64,000 nucleotides of DNA from an uncultured Acidobacteriaceae bacterium (GCA_963807725.1 CAWECL010000006.1:81435-145434); one strand, 5' to 3'. Numbered from the stretch's first letter, positions 18,978 to 29,423 are shown. The notes: generated by a model not told the origin, from the letters alone. Made by a program: numbers and translations.

Positions 18978-21659
18978 GTGTCTGACCCTACTGCCACTTT
19001 GTCCGCGGGAGATGTCGTCGGCAACTACAAGATCCTCGGTCTGGCCGGAGCCGGGGGGATGGGCGTGGTGTATCGCGCGCTCGACGTCAAACTCGAGCGC
19101 ACCGTCGCGCTCAAGTTCCTCCCTGAGCACATCGTTTCCAGCGAAGAGGATAAAGAGCGTTTTCTTCGCGAGGCCCGCACCGCCTCTTCGCTCGACCATC
19201 CCAACATTGGCGTGATTCACGGACTGGAGGAAACCGGCGACGGCCGCTCCTTCATCGTAATGGCGTATTACGCCGGCGAAACGCTGGTGCGCAAGATGCG
19301 TCGCGGTCCGCTGCTCATGGCCGAAGCGGTCGATATCGCCATCCAGATCGGCGAGGGACTTGGAGCCGCTCATGCCGGCGCCGTGGTCCATCGCGACATC
19401 AAGCCTTCAAATGTCATCCTGACGCAGAGTGGCGTGGCTAAGATTGTCGACTTCGGTCTCGCCCGGCTGGCGGCCACGAACACCACCCAAAGCGTGAGCA
19501 CGGCAGGAACCATCGGCTATATGTCGCCCGAGCAGACGGTCGGCAAGTTCGTAGATCAGCGCTCGGATATCTGGTCCCTGGGGATTGTCCTCACTGAGAT
19601 GGTGACAGGAAAGAATCCGTTCTTGCGCGATACGCCGGCGGGCACGATTTTCGCCATCCTCAACGAGCCCCCGCATCAGATGGAAGAAATCCCCATCGAT
19701 CTTCTACGTGTGATCTACCGTTCGCTCTCCAAGGAGCCTGCCACCCGCTATCAGAGTTGCCGGGAGATGGTGGCCGATCTAAAGGAAGTGCGCGACCGGC
19801 TCGATCCATCGGCGACGGCGGCGCAAAGCGGCAGCCGCTCATCTCACGGACCGTCATCCAAGACCGGATCAGGTCTGGCCGCCGGTCTCGGTTCCGGACT
19901 CTCCGCGGAATTGCGCAAACAGATCGAGCAAGCCTCGCGTCCCACATGGGGCGTGCCTGCTCCAGCGCCTAAGTGGAGCCGCTGGCTGGCAGGTCTGGGC
20001 GCGCTTGCGATCGTGCTGGCCGGGCTATCGTTTGTGCAGTCCGTACGCGAGCGCGTCCTGGGATGGTTCACTCCGGAAGTCGATCACATTGTCGTATTGC
20101 CCTTCGAAAATGTGGGCAACGATCCAGCGAACGAAGAAATTTCCGCAGGGTTAATGGATAGTCTGGCCAGCCGCCTTACCAATCTCGAATCAGGCAAGCA
20201 GTCGCTATGGGTTTTGCCGTCCAGCGAAGTGCGGCGGCTGAAGATATCCGATCCGGGTTCGGCATTGCGAGAGCTAGGAGCTACCGTCGCCGTCCAAGGA
20301 AGCTTGCGGCGTGAAGGACAGACTATTCACATGACCGTAAACCTGGTGAATACGAAGACTCTGCGCCAGATTGGTTCCGTCCCCCTGGAGGATCGTGCGG
20401 GGGACTTCTCCGTCCTCGAAGACGAAGCCGTAACTGGCTTAGCCAGGCTCATGCGCATCGAAGTGACTCCCGAGATGCTTCAAACCAAGGGCGGTTCAGC
20501 CAACGCCGGAGCATACGAGTTGTATTTGAAGGCGCTCGGTTACACGCAGCGCTACGATAAGGCGGGGAATCTCGATCTTGCCATCTCGGCGCTCGACCGG
20601 GCGGTGAAGGCGGATCCTCATTTCGCATTGGGATTCGCGCAGTTGGGCGAAGCCTACCGCTTGAAATACCAATTAGACAAAGATAAGAAGTGGATCGACG
20701 AAGCCCTGGCCAACTGCCAAAGGGCACAACAATTGGATGATCGCCTACCCATGGTCTACGTGACGCTAGGCCACATCCACCGCAACACGGGTAACTACGA
20801 CCTGGCCTTGCAGGAGTATCAGCGGGCTCTGCAACTCGACCCGCGCAACGCCGATGCGGTCATTGGATTAGCCCGATCCTACAACGCGGCGGGACGCACC
20901 GCCGATGCCGAGGCGGCCTTCCGCAAAGCGATAGCTCTGCGACCCGATTCCTGGGATGGCTATAACTACCTGGCACAATTCCTGGACGAGCATCAGCGCT
21001 ACGACGAAGCCGTAGCGCAGTATCGTCATGCGATCCAACTTACGCCCGACAACGCGGCGCTCTATCTCAATCTGGGCGCGACCTATAGTGCGATGGGCGA
21101 AAAACGCTATCCTGAGGCTGAGCAGATGTTGCGGAAGTCGATTGCGATTGAGCCCACTTATCCCGCCTACGCCAATCTGGGATATCTCTACAACCAGGAA
21201 CAGAAGTATGCCGAAGCTGCTTCGGCGACCGAGAAAGCCCTCCAATTGAATGACAAGGACTATCTGGTCTGGGGCAATCTGGAGGAATCTTACGCAGCTC
21301 TCAAAGACAGCGAGAAAGCCGCTGCCGCCCGCGACCGTGAAATTCCGTTGCTTGAACAAGCGGTTCTCGATTCTCCGCGTGACTCCCTCGCACAGTCGAA
21401 GCTGGGGGTGCTGTACGCTCAGAAAAAAGCTCGCGAAAAGGCTATTTCCCGCATACAATCGGCGCTCGCGCTTTCGCCCGACGATCCCAACGTGCTAGAG
21501 GCTGCCGGAGAAGCGTATGAGGACCTGGGAGATCGTGTCATGGCGTTGCAATACGTGGGGAAAAGTCTGCAAAAGGGTTATGATTTTGCCGACCTGAAAA
21601 GTTCGCCGGATCTGCAAGGGCTGATCGCGGATCCCCGGTTCCAGCCGGCTAAGAAGTAG
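18978..21659 (+). CDS. Hanks-type Ser/Thr protein kinase with TM segment and C-terminal TPR array
   Basis: Kinase motifs are GAGGMGVVYRA, VALKFL, HRDIKPSNVIL, DFGLA and GTIGYMSPEQ. A TM helix (WLAGLGALAIVLAGLSFV) follows, then multiple TPR units (YQRALQLDPRNADA, FRKAIALRPDSWDG, YRHAIQLTPDNAAL ...). Confidence 0.9.
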   Translation: MSDPTATLSAGDVVGNYKILGLAGAGGMGVVYRALDVKLERTVALKFLPEHIVSSEEDKERFLREARTASSLDHPNIGVIHGLEETGDGRSFIVMAYYAGETLVRKMRRGPLLMAEAVDIAIQIGEGLGAAHAGAVVHRDIKPSNVILTQSGVAKIVDFGLARLAATNTTQSVSTAGTIGYMSPEQTVGKFVDQRSDIWSLGIVLTEMVTGKNPFLRDTPAGTIFAILNEPPHQMEEIPIDLLRVIYRSLSKEPATRYQSCREMVADLKEVRDRLDPSATAAQSGSRSSHGPSSKTGSGLAAGLGSGLSAELRKQIEQASRPTWGVPAPAPKWSRWLAGLGALAIVLAGLSFVQSVRERVLGWFTPEVDHIVVLPFENVGNDPANEEISAGLMDSLASRLTNLESGKQSLWVLPSSEVRRLKISDPGSALRELGATVAVQGSLRREGQTIHMTVNLVNTKTLRQIGSVPLEDRAGDFSVLEDEAVTGLARLMRIEVTPEMLQTKGGSANAGAYELYLKALGYTQRYDKAGNLDLAISALDRAVKADPHFALGFAQLGEAYRLKYQLDKDKKWIDEALANCQRAQQLDDRLPMVYVTLGHIHRNTGNYDLALQEYQRALQLDPRNADAVIGLARSYNAAGRTADAEAAFRKAIALRPDSWDGYNYLAQFLDEHQRYDEAVAQYRHAIQLTPDNAALYLNLGATYSAMGEKRYPEAEQMLRKSIAIEPTYPAYANLGYLYNQEQKYAEAASATEKALQLNDKDYLVWGNLEESYAALKDSEKAAAARDREIPLLEQAVLDSPRDSLAQSKLGVLYAQKKAREKAISRIQSALALSPDDPNVLEAAGEAYEDLGDRVMALQYVGKSLQKGYDFADLKSSPDLQGLIADPRFQPAKK

Positions 21660-21725
21660 TTAGAAACAAGTTTTAAGTAGCCAGATAGGCCGTTTTTAAA
21701 ATTCTGCCTCAACAAGGAGCCATTC

Positions 21726-22370
21726 ATGGCCGCGCGTGTGATCCCGATCGAAAGCTACAACCAGAATCAGACCATCAATATCGACTCGACGTTAACTCCT
21801 TCGCCGCAAGGTTGTATGGTGTCTGGCCCGGTGGGACAGTCGATAACCGTAACGTTCACCAACAACTCTGGAAGCACAATCAACATTTCCTTTACACCCA
21901 AAGCCGCCAACGGAGGTATGTTCACCGACGTCACAAACCTCGCGAGTGGTACCAGCCAGGCGCAGACAGTGCCGGGCGGAACCGGTGCGAGCGTGAATTA
22001 CACGATAACTGGCAATGGCGTAAGCACCGGTCCGTGGGCTATCCAGGCTGGGCTGGGTCCGATGGTCGTCGTGATCGGCGGAAACAATGCATTGACTTAC
22101 ACCCCGAATCCGGTGGCGATTCCGTTGGGCAACAGTTCGCTCGGAACTGGCACGATTCTGGTGAAGCCGGCGGTTGCTGGCGATGGCTACAACATTAGTT
22201 GGAACGGGAGCGATCCGTTTACTCCCTTGCTTAAAAGTGCAGACGGGATAAGCCATTCGCTGCTAAATGCCCAGGCTGGATCCTACAACTACACAGCCGC
22301 TATGTCCGAGGGCGCGACCCTCAAAATCGCAACCGGTCCTGGAGGCAGGGTGATCGTGGTGGGTTCCTAG
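21726..22370 (+). CDS. Hypothetical protein, two Gly/Thr/Asn-rich beta-sandwich-like halves, no signal peptide
   Basis: It is a 214-aa ORF with AAGGAG about 7 nt upstream of the ATG, 66 nt after the kinase stop. I recognise no motifs. Confidence 0.6.
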   Translation: MAARVIPIESYNQNQTINIDSTLTPSPQGCMVSGPVGQSITVTFTNNSGSTINISFTPKAANGGMFTDVTNLASGTSQAQTVPGGTGASVNYTITGNGVSTGPWAIQAGLGPMVVVIGGNNALTYTPNPVAIPLGNSSLGTGTILVKPAVAGDGYNISWNGSDPFTPLLKSADGISHSLLNAQAGSYNYTAAMSEGATLKIATGPGGRVIVVGS

Positions 22371-22520
22371 CTACTAATAGCGCGGAACTGTTTGTTTCAA
22401 AAGAGGCGCTGCCCATCGGCCGCGCCTTCTTATCCCACATGTGCTGTCGGCCTCGGCAAAGCTACGACTCCCCTCTGCTAAACTTTCTAGTTCCTTTTTT
22501 ATCAATCGAGCAATTGCGAG

Positions 22521-23384
22521 GTGATGATAACGATGGCGTTTGAATCGGTAGGCGTGATCGGAGCAGGCACCATGGGCAACGGCATTGCCCATGTCTTCGC
22601 GCGCAGCGGGTTCGTTGTCGTCCTCTGCGACGTGGAACAGCGCTTTCTCGATCGCGGCCTCGCTACCATCGCCAAGAACCTCGATCGCGAAGTGACGAAA
22701 AACAAGATTAGCTCCAGCGACAAGGCCTCGACCCTGGGTCGAATTACAGCCGTAGTCGACCGTGCGAAGCTGGCCGATTGCGATCTGGTGATTGAGGCCG
22801 CGACCGAGCAATTTGCCGTCAAGTCCGAGGTTTTTCGAGACCTCGATCGCCTCATGAAGCCGGAAGTAATCCTCGCCTCGAACACATCTTCTATTTCAAT
22901 CACAAAAATTGCCGCGTTGACCACACGGCCAGACAAAGTTATCGGGATGCACTTTTTTAATCCCGTGCCAGTGATGAAGCTGGTCGAAGTCATTCGCGGG
23001 CTCGCCACTTCGCAGGCGACGTACGAAACCGTACGTGACCTCGCCGTGAAACTGGAAAAGACTCCCGTGGAAGTGAACGATGCTCCCGGATTCGTTTCGA
23101 ACCGCGTCTTGATGCCGCTGCTGAACGAAGCCATGTACACAGTGATGGAAGGTGTCGCCACGGCAGAAGCAGTCGATGAAGTATTCAAACTGGGGATGGC
23201 GCATCCCATGGGCCCGTTAACCCTGGCAGATTTTATCGGCCTCGACGTGTGCCTCGACATTATGCGTGTTTTGCAGGATGGTATGGGAGATCCGAAGTAT
23301 CGGCCGTGCCCGCTATTGATCAAAATGGTCGATGCCGGCTGGCTAGGACGCAAGAGTGGCCGAGGGTTTTACACGTATTCGTGA
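22521..23384 (+). CDS. hbd: 3-hydroxybutyryl-CoA (3-hydroxyacyl-CoA) dehydrogenase, NAD-binding
   Basis: Has the Rossmann motif [18 protein letters not shown], plus [24 protein letters not shown] and [10 protein letters not shown]. Length is about 283 aa. Confidence 0.9.
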   Translation: MMITMAFESVGVIGAGTMGNGIAHVFARSGFVVVLCDVEQRFLDRGLATIAKNLDREVTKNKISSSDKASTLGRITAVVDRAKLADCDLVIEAATEQFAVKSEVFRDLDRLMKPEVILASNTSSISITKIAALTTRPDKVIGMHFFNPVPVMKLVEVIRGLATSQATYETVRDLAVKLEKTPVEVNDAPGFVSNRVLMPLLNEAMYTVMEGVATAEAVDEVFKLGMAHPMGPLTLADFIGLDVCLDIMRVLQDGMGDPKYRPCPLLIKMVDAGWLGRKSGRGFYTYS

Positions 23385-23426
23385 GCACGAGGCTGCGACC
23401 CGCGAGCCTCGTACCGATCCAAACAA

Positions 23427-23810
23427 ATGACCACTGCCTGGGGCGAAATCCTTCCCGACAAGAAAACGAATGGCGACGGTTTCTACTACGCGCTGGCCAT
23501 AGCGTTAGGCGTGTCGGCGGGCTGGCTCGACATCAAGGTCGGCGACTTGCTCTTGACCGCGATGGTAGTGCTGGCAGCCTGCATGCTCCTGGGCATCTTG
23601 AGTCCGCGCAAGCCGTGGCGCTGGGTGCTGTTGGTCGGAGTGTTCGTTCCTGTCGTCGAGTGGCTGGCCTACTTTTTCCTCTCCGAAAAGCCCCAGCGGG
23701 CGCAGATATACGAGTCCTTCCTCGCGTTTGTCCCCGGAATTGCCGGCGCCTTCGGCGGATCGATTGGGCGCGGCGTGTTTGACAATCTATTTCCAACTCC
23801 AAAGAAGTGA
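23427..23810 (+). CDS. Small membrane protein (about 4 TM), unknown function
   Basis: The hydrophobic segments are FYYALAIALGVSAGWL, LLLTAMVVLAACMLLGIL, WVLLVGVFVPVVEWLAYFF and FLAFVPGIAGAFGG. Confidence 0.5.
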   Translation: MTTAWGEILPDKKTNGDGFYYALAIALGVSAGWLDIKVGDLLLTAMVVLAACMLLGILSPRKPWRWVLLVGVFVPVVEWLAYFFLSEKPQRAQIYESFLAFVPGIAGAFGGSIGRGVFDNLFPTPKK

Positions 23811-23970
23811 TCCGCCGCCCCACCAGCGCAGTTTTTGCGATCACAGGCCCCTAACCGCAATTTGACGTTCCCCGCAGCTGCCAGAACGCAGTAGTGCCAC
23901 TACGTTGGTTACCTTCAGCCCGCGCCAACGGCTGGCTACAATTTCTCAGTTCTCCTCCCTGTGACTACCC

Positions 23971-24450
23971 ATGCTGCTGAAGCTCACGAACCCATTTGCG
24001 CTCAAAGCGCGCGTAGTTCTCGGACTCCTCGTTCTTCTTTCCGCGCCGCGCTTGCTTCATGCCAAGCAGTTAGCCATCGTTTCAGACAAAGCCAACGCGG
24101 CTACCAATCTCAAAGCCGCCGATCTGGCGAGCATTTTCAACGCCCGCATGCGGACCTGGCAGGATGGGAAGCCGATTACGCTGGTCATGCGCGACCCCGG
24201 ATCGGACGACGTTCAGCTCATTTTGCATCGCATCTTAAACCTCACTTCCGATCAGGCGCGAGCGCTGATCCAATCGCATCCCGGAGTGGTCGTAGTCGTC
24301 GACACCGATGACGCCGTCCAGCACGTTGTATCGAATACTCGCGGAGCGATTGGCATCATCGACCTCTATTCCCTGACGAACAACGTGAACGTCCTAAAAA
24401 TCGACGGCAAACTTCCGCTCGAACCGGGCTACATCCTGAAAGGCAATTAG
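23971..24450 (+). CDS. Small secreted PBP-like (PstS-type fold fragment) protein
   Basis: Has a signal peptide and LKAADLASIFNARMRTWQDGKPITLVMRDPGSD ... GAIGIIDLYSL, which resembles one lobe of phosphate-binding-protein-like domains. Confidence 0.5.
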   Translation: MLLKLTNPFALKARVVLGLLVLLSAPRLLHAKQLAIVSDKANAATNLKAADLASIFNARMRTWQDGKPITLVMRDPGSDDVQLILHRILNLTSDQARALIQSHPGVVVVVDTDDAVQHVVSNTRGAIGIIDLYSLTNNVNVLKIDGKLPLEPGYILKGN

Positions 24451-24507
24451 CTGTTTAAAAGACTGAAAAGACGAAATCGAAATAGAACCAAAAAAGAGGA
24501 ATCAAAA

Positions 24508-26043
24508 ATGACCGCCGGCAAAACTCAACTCCGTAGCCTTCCCATCGTTCTCTTCCTCACGCTGGTCGCGGTGTTGCCCGCGGGTGCTGCTAAAAAGCAA
24601 TCCAAGAAGCCGGAGCCGCCACCAGTCACGCTTCAGCTCACCACCGGTTCTCCGGAAGCCCGTAAGCTGGTCGAGAAAGCTCTCGCCATTTACCTCGATC
24701 AAGTCGAGCAGACCCAGGCTATCGAAATGCTGCACAAGGCCGTCAGCCTTGATCCCGCCTTCGCCATGGCGCACGAGCTGCTCGCGCAGATCAGTCTCGA
24801 TTCCGCCGAGCAGGTAAGCGAACAAGCCAAGGCTTATACCTACCGCGAAGATGTCAGCGCTCCCGAACGCGAGGTGATCGAGTGGTATCAGGACGCCTAC
24901 GATCACAAATTGCTCTCCGCCATCACCCGCATGAACGACCTGCTGTCGCAACTGCCTCACGACAAAACCGTCGTCTGGATGACCACCTGGTGGCTGACCA
25001 CGCAACAGCAATATGACCGCTCCATCGCCATCTACGAGCGTTCCGGCATCAACGATTCTCCGGGATTATTGAACAATCTGGCCTACAACTACGCCTACGT
25101 TCACCGCTTCGACAACGCGTTCGAGACCATGGACAAGTACATCGCCGCTTTGCCCAAGGATCCCAACCCGCAGGATTCTTACGCGGAGATTCTGCGCATG
25201 GCGGGACGTTACGATGCCTCCATCGAGCACTACCGCGCATCGCTGGCGATCGATCCCGAATTCTACTCGTCGCAGTTCGGCATCGCCGATACCTACGCCC
25301 TAAAAGGTGAGGAGGCGCGGGCCCGCCGCGAATTCGAAGCTGGATTCCGCCGGTTCACCGTGCCCGAACAACAGCGCGTCCTATGGCGCACTCGCGAAGC
25401 AGCTACGTTCGTTCGTGAAGGCGATTTCGATTGGGCTGACCGTGCCTTCCAGGCGATCGCTGACGACGCCCACGCCCATCACATCAGCCTTGCCGAAGCC
25501 GACACGTACCGGCAGATGGCCATGTATCAAGAGGACGCGTCCCACGCGCTCCAACTGCTAAGCAAAGCCGAAGCCGCTGCCGCTGCCGGAGAGAACACGA
25601 ACCACACTGCCATCCAGCAGGTCACCGCCCAAATTCTTCGCGCTCGCATCGAAGTGGCTATCAAGATGAACAATGCTAACGTCGCCCAATCCAGTCTCGA
25701 TGCGTTGACCAAAATGTCCGAAGATGCCGGCGACGCGGTGATTGACCTTGCCTACAACGGCGCGCTTGGAGCATTTCTCGTTTCGCAGCAGAAATTCGCT
25801 GAAGCCATCCCGCATCTTGAGGAAGATCCCAACAACCCGCTCTCTTTGAAACTGTTGGCCACCGCCTATGGAAAGACTGGCGATGCCGCCGGGGCGGACC
25901 GCACCATGGAGCTGCTTTCCAATCTCAACGATCCAACCCTCGAACAGGCCTTGATCGTTCCCGCCTTCCGCCAGTGCGCGCACGACCCTCTGTGCGGCGG
26001 CAGCGTGAAAAACGCCTCCATCAAGGTTCCCCATACTCTTTAA
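24508..26043 (+). CDS. Secreted TPR-repeat protein
   Basis: Has a signal peptide (LFLTLVAVLPAGAA) and repeated TPR-like helices (LHKAVSLDPAFAMAH, YRASLAIDPEFYSSQ ...). Confidence 0.75.
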   Translation: MTAGKTQLRSLPIVLFLTLVAVLPAGAAKKQSKKPEPPPVTLQLTTGSPEARKLVEKALAIYLDQVEQTQAIEMLHKAVSLDPAFAMAHELLAQISLDSAEQVSEQAKAYTYREDVSAPEREVIEWYQDAYDHKLLSAITRMNDLLSQLPHDKTVVWMTTWWLTTQQQYDRSIAIYERSGINDSPGLLNNLAYNYAYVHRFDNAFETMDKYIAALPKDPNPQDSYAEILRMAGRYDASIEHYRASLAIDPEFYSSQFGIADTYALKGEEARARREFEAGFRRFTVPEQQRVLWRTREAATFVREGDFDWADRAFQAIADDAHAHHISLAEADTYRQMAMYQEDASHALQLLSKAEAAAAAGENTNHTAIQQVTAQILRARIEVAIKMNNANVAQSSLDALTKMSEDAGDAVIDLAYNGALGAFLVSQQKFAEAIPHLEEDPNNPLSLKLLATAYGKTGDAAGADRTMELLSNLNDPTLEQALIVPAFRQCAHDPLCGGSVKNASIKVPHTL

Positions 26044-26082
26044 ATCACTACGTCGTTGGCAAGCCGCTCGGCCTGGTCCGCG

Positions 26083-26113
26083 CAGCCGTTTCCCTCATCA
26101 GCCGTTTCCCTCA
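26083..26113. repeat. Direct tandem repeat CAGCCGTTTCCCTCA x2 (1-nt spacer) upstream of the MBL hydrolase gene
   Basis: Read directly as gcAGCCGTTTCCCTCAtCAGCCGTTTCCCTCAaagg, about 60 nt upstream of the ATG at 26176. Confidence 0.5.
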
Positions 26114-26175
26114 AAGGTACCGGCTACTGAAAATCTCTTCACGTTTCCACAGCCCACGGGGTTACCCTATCTAGC

Positions 26176-26979
26176 ATGTGTGTTTCAGTGTCGATGCTGG
26201 CGAGCGGCAGTCGTGGAAACTGCGCGCTCGTAGCAACGGATTCAACGCGCATTCTGGTGGACGCTGGTCTGTCCGGCCGCGAAACTTTCAAACGTCTGAA
26301 GGCACTGGGCGAACGCACCGAAGAAATCTCTGCCATCCTGATTACGCACGAGCACTCCGACCACGTTGCCGGATTACAGCGCCTGGCCACTAAGCTGAAA
26401 GTGCCGGTTTTCATCACCGCGCCCACCCATCATGCCTGGAATCGCGCCATGCGCGACGAGGCGGGTGTCATTCCCGAACTGCCGAAATCGGAACATTTCT
26501 CCTCCGGCCGCGGCTTTCGGATTGGCGACATCGAAGTCATGCCCTTCACCATCCCGCATGACGCCATCGATCCGGTAGGGTTCACTTTTCGCGCCGAAGG
26601 GATCAAGATCGGCTTTGCTACCGACCTGGGCTATATGCCGACTAACGTGCGGAACCATTTGCGCGGTTGCACCGTATTAGTCATGGAGTCGAATCACGAC
26701 GTCGAGATGCTGCGCTCCGGCCCCTATCCGTGGTCGGTGAAGCAGCGCGTGATGAGCCGGGTCGGCCATCTTTCGAATGACGCCCTCGCGGAATTCTTCT
26801 CGAACGATTATGATGGGGGAGCCGAGTATTTAGTTTTGGCTCATTTGTCTGAACAGAATAACCATCCCGAAATCGCTCGAACCACGGCCGAAAAGGCGCT
26901 TGGCGGCCATCAGGGACTCTGGCACAACCGTGTGCTGCTGGCAACCCAGACCGAAGTTCTTGAATCCATCCGGTTGTAA
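26176..26979 (+). CDS. MBL-fold metallo-hydrolase (YycJ/PhnP-like)
   Basis: Carries ILITHEHSDHVAGL (HxHxDH), the later motifs FATDLG and HLS, and is 267 aa. Confidence 0.85.
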   Translation: MCVSVSMLASGSRGNCALVATDSTRILVDAGLSGRETFKRLKALGERTEEISAILITHEHSDHVAGLQRLATKLKVPVFITAPTHHAWNRAMRDEAGVIPELPKSEHFSSGRGFRIGDIEVMPFTIPHDAIDPVGFTFRAEGIKIGFATDLGYMPTNVRNHLRGCTVLVMESNHDVEMLRSGPYPWSVKQRVMSRVGHLSNDALAEFFSNDYDGGAEYLVLAHLSEQNNHPEIARTTAEKALGGHQGLWHNRVLLATQTEVLESIRL

Positions 26980-27027
26980 CCTCTCGGGCTCCAACATCAC
27001 GGTCTTTGCCTCGGGTCTTAACATCTT

Positions 27028-27468
27028 ATGAGCGAGTGTGTGGAACCCATCGTAGGGAAAATTCTGGCCGGATGGCGCTACGATATTTCCAGTCTGGCGC
27101 CGGAAATGCGCGGAGACTACGAGTTGCATTTCGCCGGCTGCGAGCATTGCCGTGGCCGTCAGAAAGTCCACCGCATCATCGATATTTCGCTGATCGCGCT
27201 GGCGTCGGCTTCAGGCGCGGTTTTCCTGCTGGCCTTCGCGGTAATCCGCTACATGGAACCACGTCACGCCTTCTGGCTCGAAGTCGGAGCGCTAGCCGGC
27301 TTCGCGCTGTCGGCGCTCATCTGGCTGGTCGTCGCCGTCGCAACTCCAGCGCCTACTGTCATGGTGGACGTGGCCAAATTAGGTGCCCGCCATGTGCACG
27401 ATCGCCTGCCCGCAGAAATTCGCGAGCGCGTGCCGGAAGAAATACGAGTCAAACTTACTGGGTCGTGA
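27028..27468 (+). CDS. Membrane protein with zf-HC2 (HxxxCxxC) anti-sigma-like N-terminus, 2 TM
   Basis: HFAGCEHC matches H-x3-C-x2-C. It is followed by two hydrophobic helices (ISLIALASASGAVFLLAFAVI, LAGFALSALIWLVVAVA). No sigma factor gene is adjacent. Confidence 0.5.
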   Translation: MSECVEPIVGKILAGWRYDISSLAPEMRGDYELHFAGCEHCRGRQKVHRIIDISLIALASASGAVFLLAFAVIRYMEPRHAFWLEVGALAGFALSALIWLVVAVATPAPTVMVDVAKLGARHVHDRLPAEIRERVPEEIRVKLTGS

Positions 27469-27495
27469 GAACTGGATCGTGAGAGAGACGAAGCC

Positions 27496-27888
27496 GTGAA
27501 ATTCGAACGCAGAATCCCGGGCCTTCTCTTAATACTGGCGCTGATCGCGTCACCGTTAGCGGCAACTGCCTGGGCTGATGAAGGCCCGTCCTCCTCGTCA
27601 GCGCCCGCTCAGCAAGCAGCGTCTTGTCACGCGCACGACGACCAAACGACTCCTGACTCCCCAGACCATCGTTCCCCGCGGCCGCCTGCACCGTCCAGTT
27701 ACCGGTGCTGCCTCACCGGACACGACGCAGCCGTAGCGCGGACCCCGTATTCACCGCCGCCCTTGGCCCAATCGGCGGCCGTAGTTTTTCCAATCGATGC
27801 TAGTGACGCCAGCCGTTTCGCACCTGATCGGTCTGCCACGCGAGTTCTCTCTACCGATCCCCCCCGCAAACCCCAGTTGCGTATTTAA
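27496..27888 (+). CDS. Secreted Pro-rich protein with Cys/His motifs (CHAHDD, YRCCLTGHD)
   Basis: Has a signal peptide (LLLILALIASPLAATAWA), a low-complexity Pro/Ser region, and 3 Cys plus several His. Confidence 0.5.
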   Translation: MKFERRIPGLLLILALIASPLAATAWADEGPSSSSAPAQQAASCHAHDDQTTPDSPDHRSPRPPAPSSYRCCLTGHDAAVARTPYSPPPLAQSAAVVFPIDASDASRFAPDRSATRVLSTDPPRKPQLRI

Positions 27889-28043
27889 TCCCTCAACTAA
27901 AGCTCGGCTTAGAAAAATCCCAGCTAAGAAACGCAGCTCTCGGCGCAAGCCGTGGGTATGCGCGGCAACCGATTCGGTCCCGAAAGGAGCGAAGAAGCAA
28001 TTGCCGCCATATTCGCGCAATGGTCTGACTTAAGGAGTTCCTA

Positions 28044-29423
28044 GTGCGTTCGCTCGTAAGTTTCATCTTCCTGCTCGCTGTCTCGACAAGATCCAGCTCC
28101 GCACAAGACGTTGTCGCCGATCCCCTGGTCCACACGATCGACGTGAACGCGAACCAAGATCAAAATCCCAACCACCCGTCCGACTCGACCGTCCCGCCGA
28201 TGCCAAACATGGATATGCCCGGCATGAATATGTCCGCAACTCCTGACTGGCAGCCATCCCCCCACAACGCCTCGGGCACCGGATGGCAGCCCGCCGCCAC
28301 GCCGGACCGCATGTGGATGAAGTCGCTGGGCACATGGGATCTGATGGCACACGGCGTGATCTTCGCCGACTACAACCAGCAAGGCGGCCCGCGCGGCGCG
28401 GGCAAAGCCGAGTCGGTTAACTGGCTGATGCTGATGGAGCAACACAAACTGGGGCGGGGAAGCATCCTCTTTCGCGAAATGTTTTCCGCCGAATCGCTCA
28501 CCGCGCCCCATCCAGGATTCCCCGAGCTTTTCCAAACCGGCGAAACCTATCACGGTCAAGCGCTGGTCGATCATCAGCATCCCCACAACGTATTTTCCGA
28601 ACTCTCATTCGACTACACCGTTCCGATCACTCTGGCCGCAAAAGAAAAGCTCTCCTGGGAGTTCTACGGCGCTGCCGCCGGAGAACCCGCGCTAGGTCCC
28701 GTCGCGTTTATGCACCGCGCCTCCGCCAGCGAACTGCCCATGGCGCCGCTCTCCCATCATCTGCAAGACTCCACCCACACCAGCTTCGGAGTCATCACCA
28801 CCGGACTACAAATCACTCGCATCAAAATCGAAGGCTCCGTCTTCAATGGCCGTGAGCCGGACGAAAAGCGCTATAGCCTGCAATTCGCTCCCCTCGATTC
28901 ATGGTCGGCACGCCTGAGTGTCGCGCCCACTCGCAACTGGACGGCCCAATACAGCTACGGACGCCTGGAGCATCCCGAAGCGCTCGAGCCGGGTAGCCAG
29001 CGCCGCCAGACCGCGTCGGTGGAATACGCGCGCCCGTTGCCAGGATCGTGGAAAGGATCATGGGCCACTTCGTTGATTTGGGGTCGGGTGCACAAGGAAG
29101 CCGATAACCACAATCTGAACGGCTATCTGCTCGAGACGACCCTGAACTTCAAATCGCGTAACTACGCCTTCTCACGCGTCGAGCTGGTTGATAAGGATGA
29201 ACTATTCCCCAACAATCCATCCCAGCCCAGTTTTCGCATCGGAGCCTATACTTTTGGAGGAGCGCACGACATTGTCCAAACCTATCTGTGGCAATTAGCT
29301 GCGGGGGCTGATTTAACGTTTTACTCGAAGCCCGGAGCCCTCGACCCCATCTACGGCCAAAACCCTGTCTCGTTTCAAATTTTCCTGAGACTGCGCCCAG
29401 CTTTGAGCCATCGCGATCACTAG
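28044..29423 (+). CDS. Putative outer-membrane protein with Met-rich N-terminal motif and His-rich motif
   Basis: Has a signal peptide, then PPMPNMDMPGMNMS. Conserved-looking blocks are GVIFADYNQQGGPRG, VDHQHPHN, GPVAFMHRASASELPMAPLSHHLQDSTHTSFGV and SVFNGREPDE. The alternating beta-strand character is consistent with a barrel. Confidence 0.55.
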   Translation: MRSLVSFIFLLAVSTRSSSAQDVVADPLVHTIDVNANQDQNPNHPSDSTVPPMPNMDMPGMNMSATPDWQPSPHNASGTGWQPAATPDRMWMKSLGTWDLMAHGVIFADYNQQGGPRGAGKAESVNWLMLMEQHKLGRGSILFREMFSAESLTAPHPGFPELFQTGETYHGQALVDHQHPHNVFSELSFDYTVPITLAAKEKLSWEFYGAAAGEPALGPVAFMHRASASELPMAPLSHHLQDSTHTSFGVITTGLQITRIKIEGSVFNGREPDEKRYSLQFAPLDSWSARLSVAPTRNWTAQYSYGRLEHPEALEPGSQRRQTASVEYARPLPGSWKGSWATSLIWGRVHKEADNHNLNGYLLETTLNFKSRNYAFSRVELVDKDELFPNNPSQPSFRIGAYTFGGAHDIVQTYLWQLAAGADLTFYSKPGALDPIYGQNPVSFQIFLRLRPALSHRDH

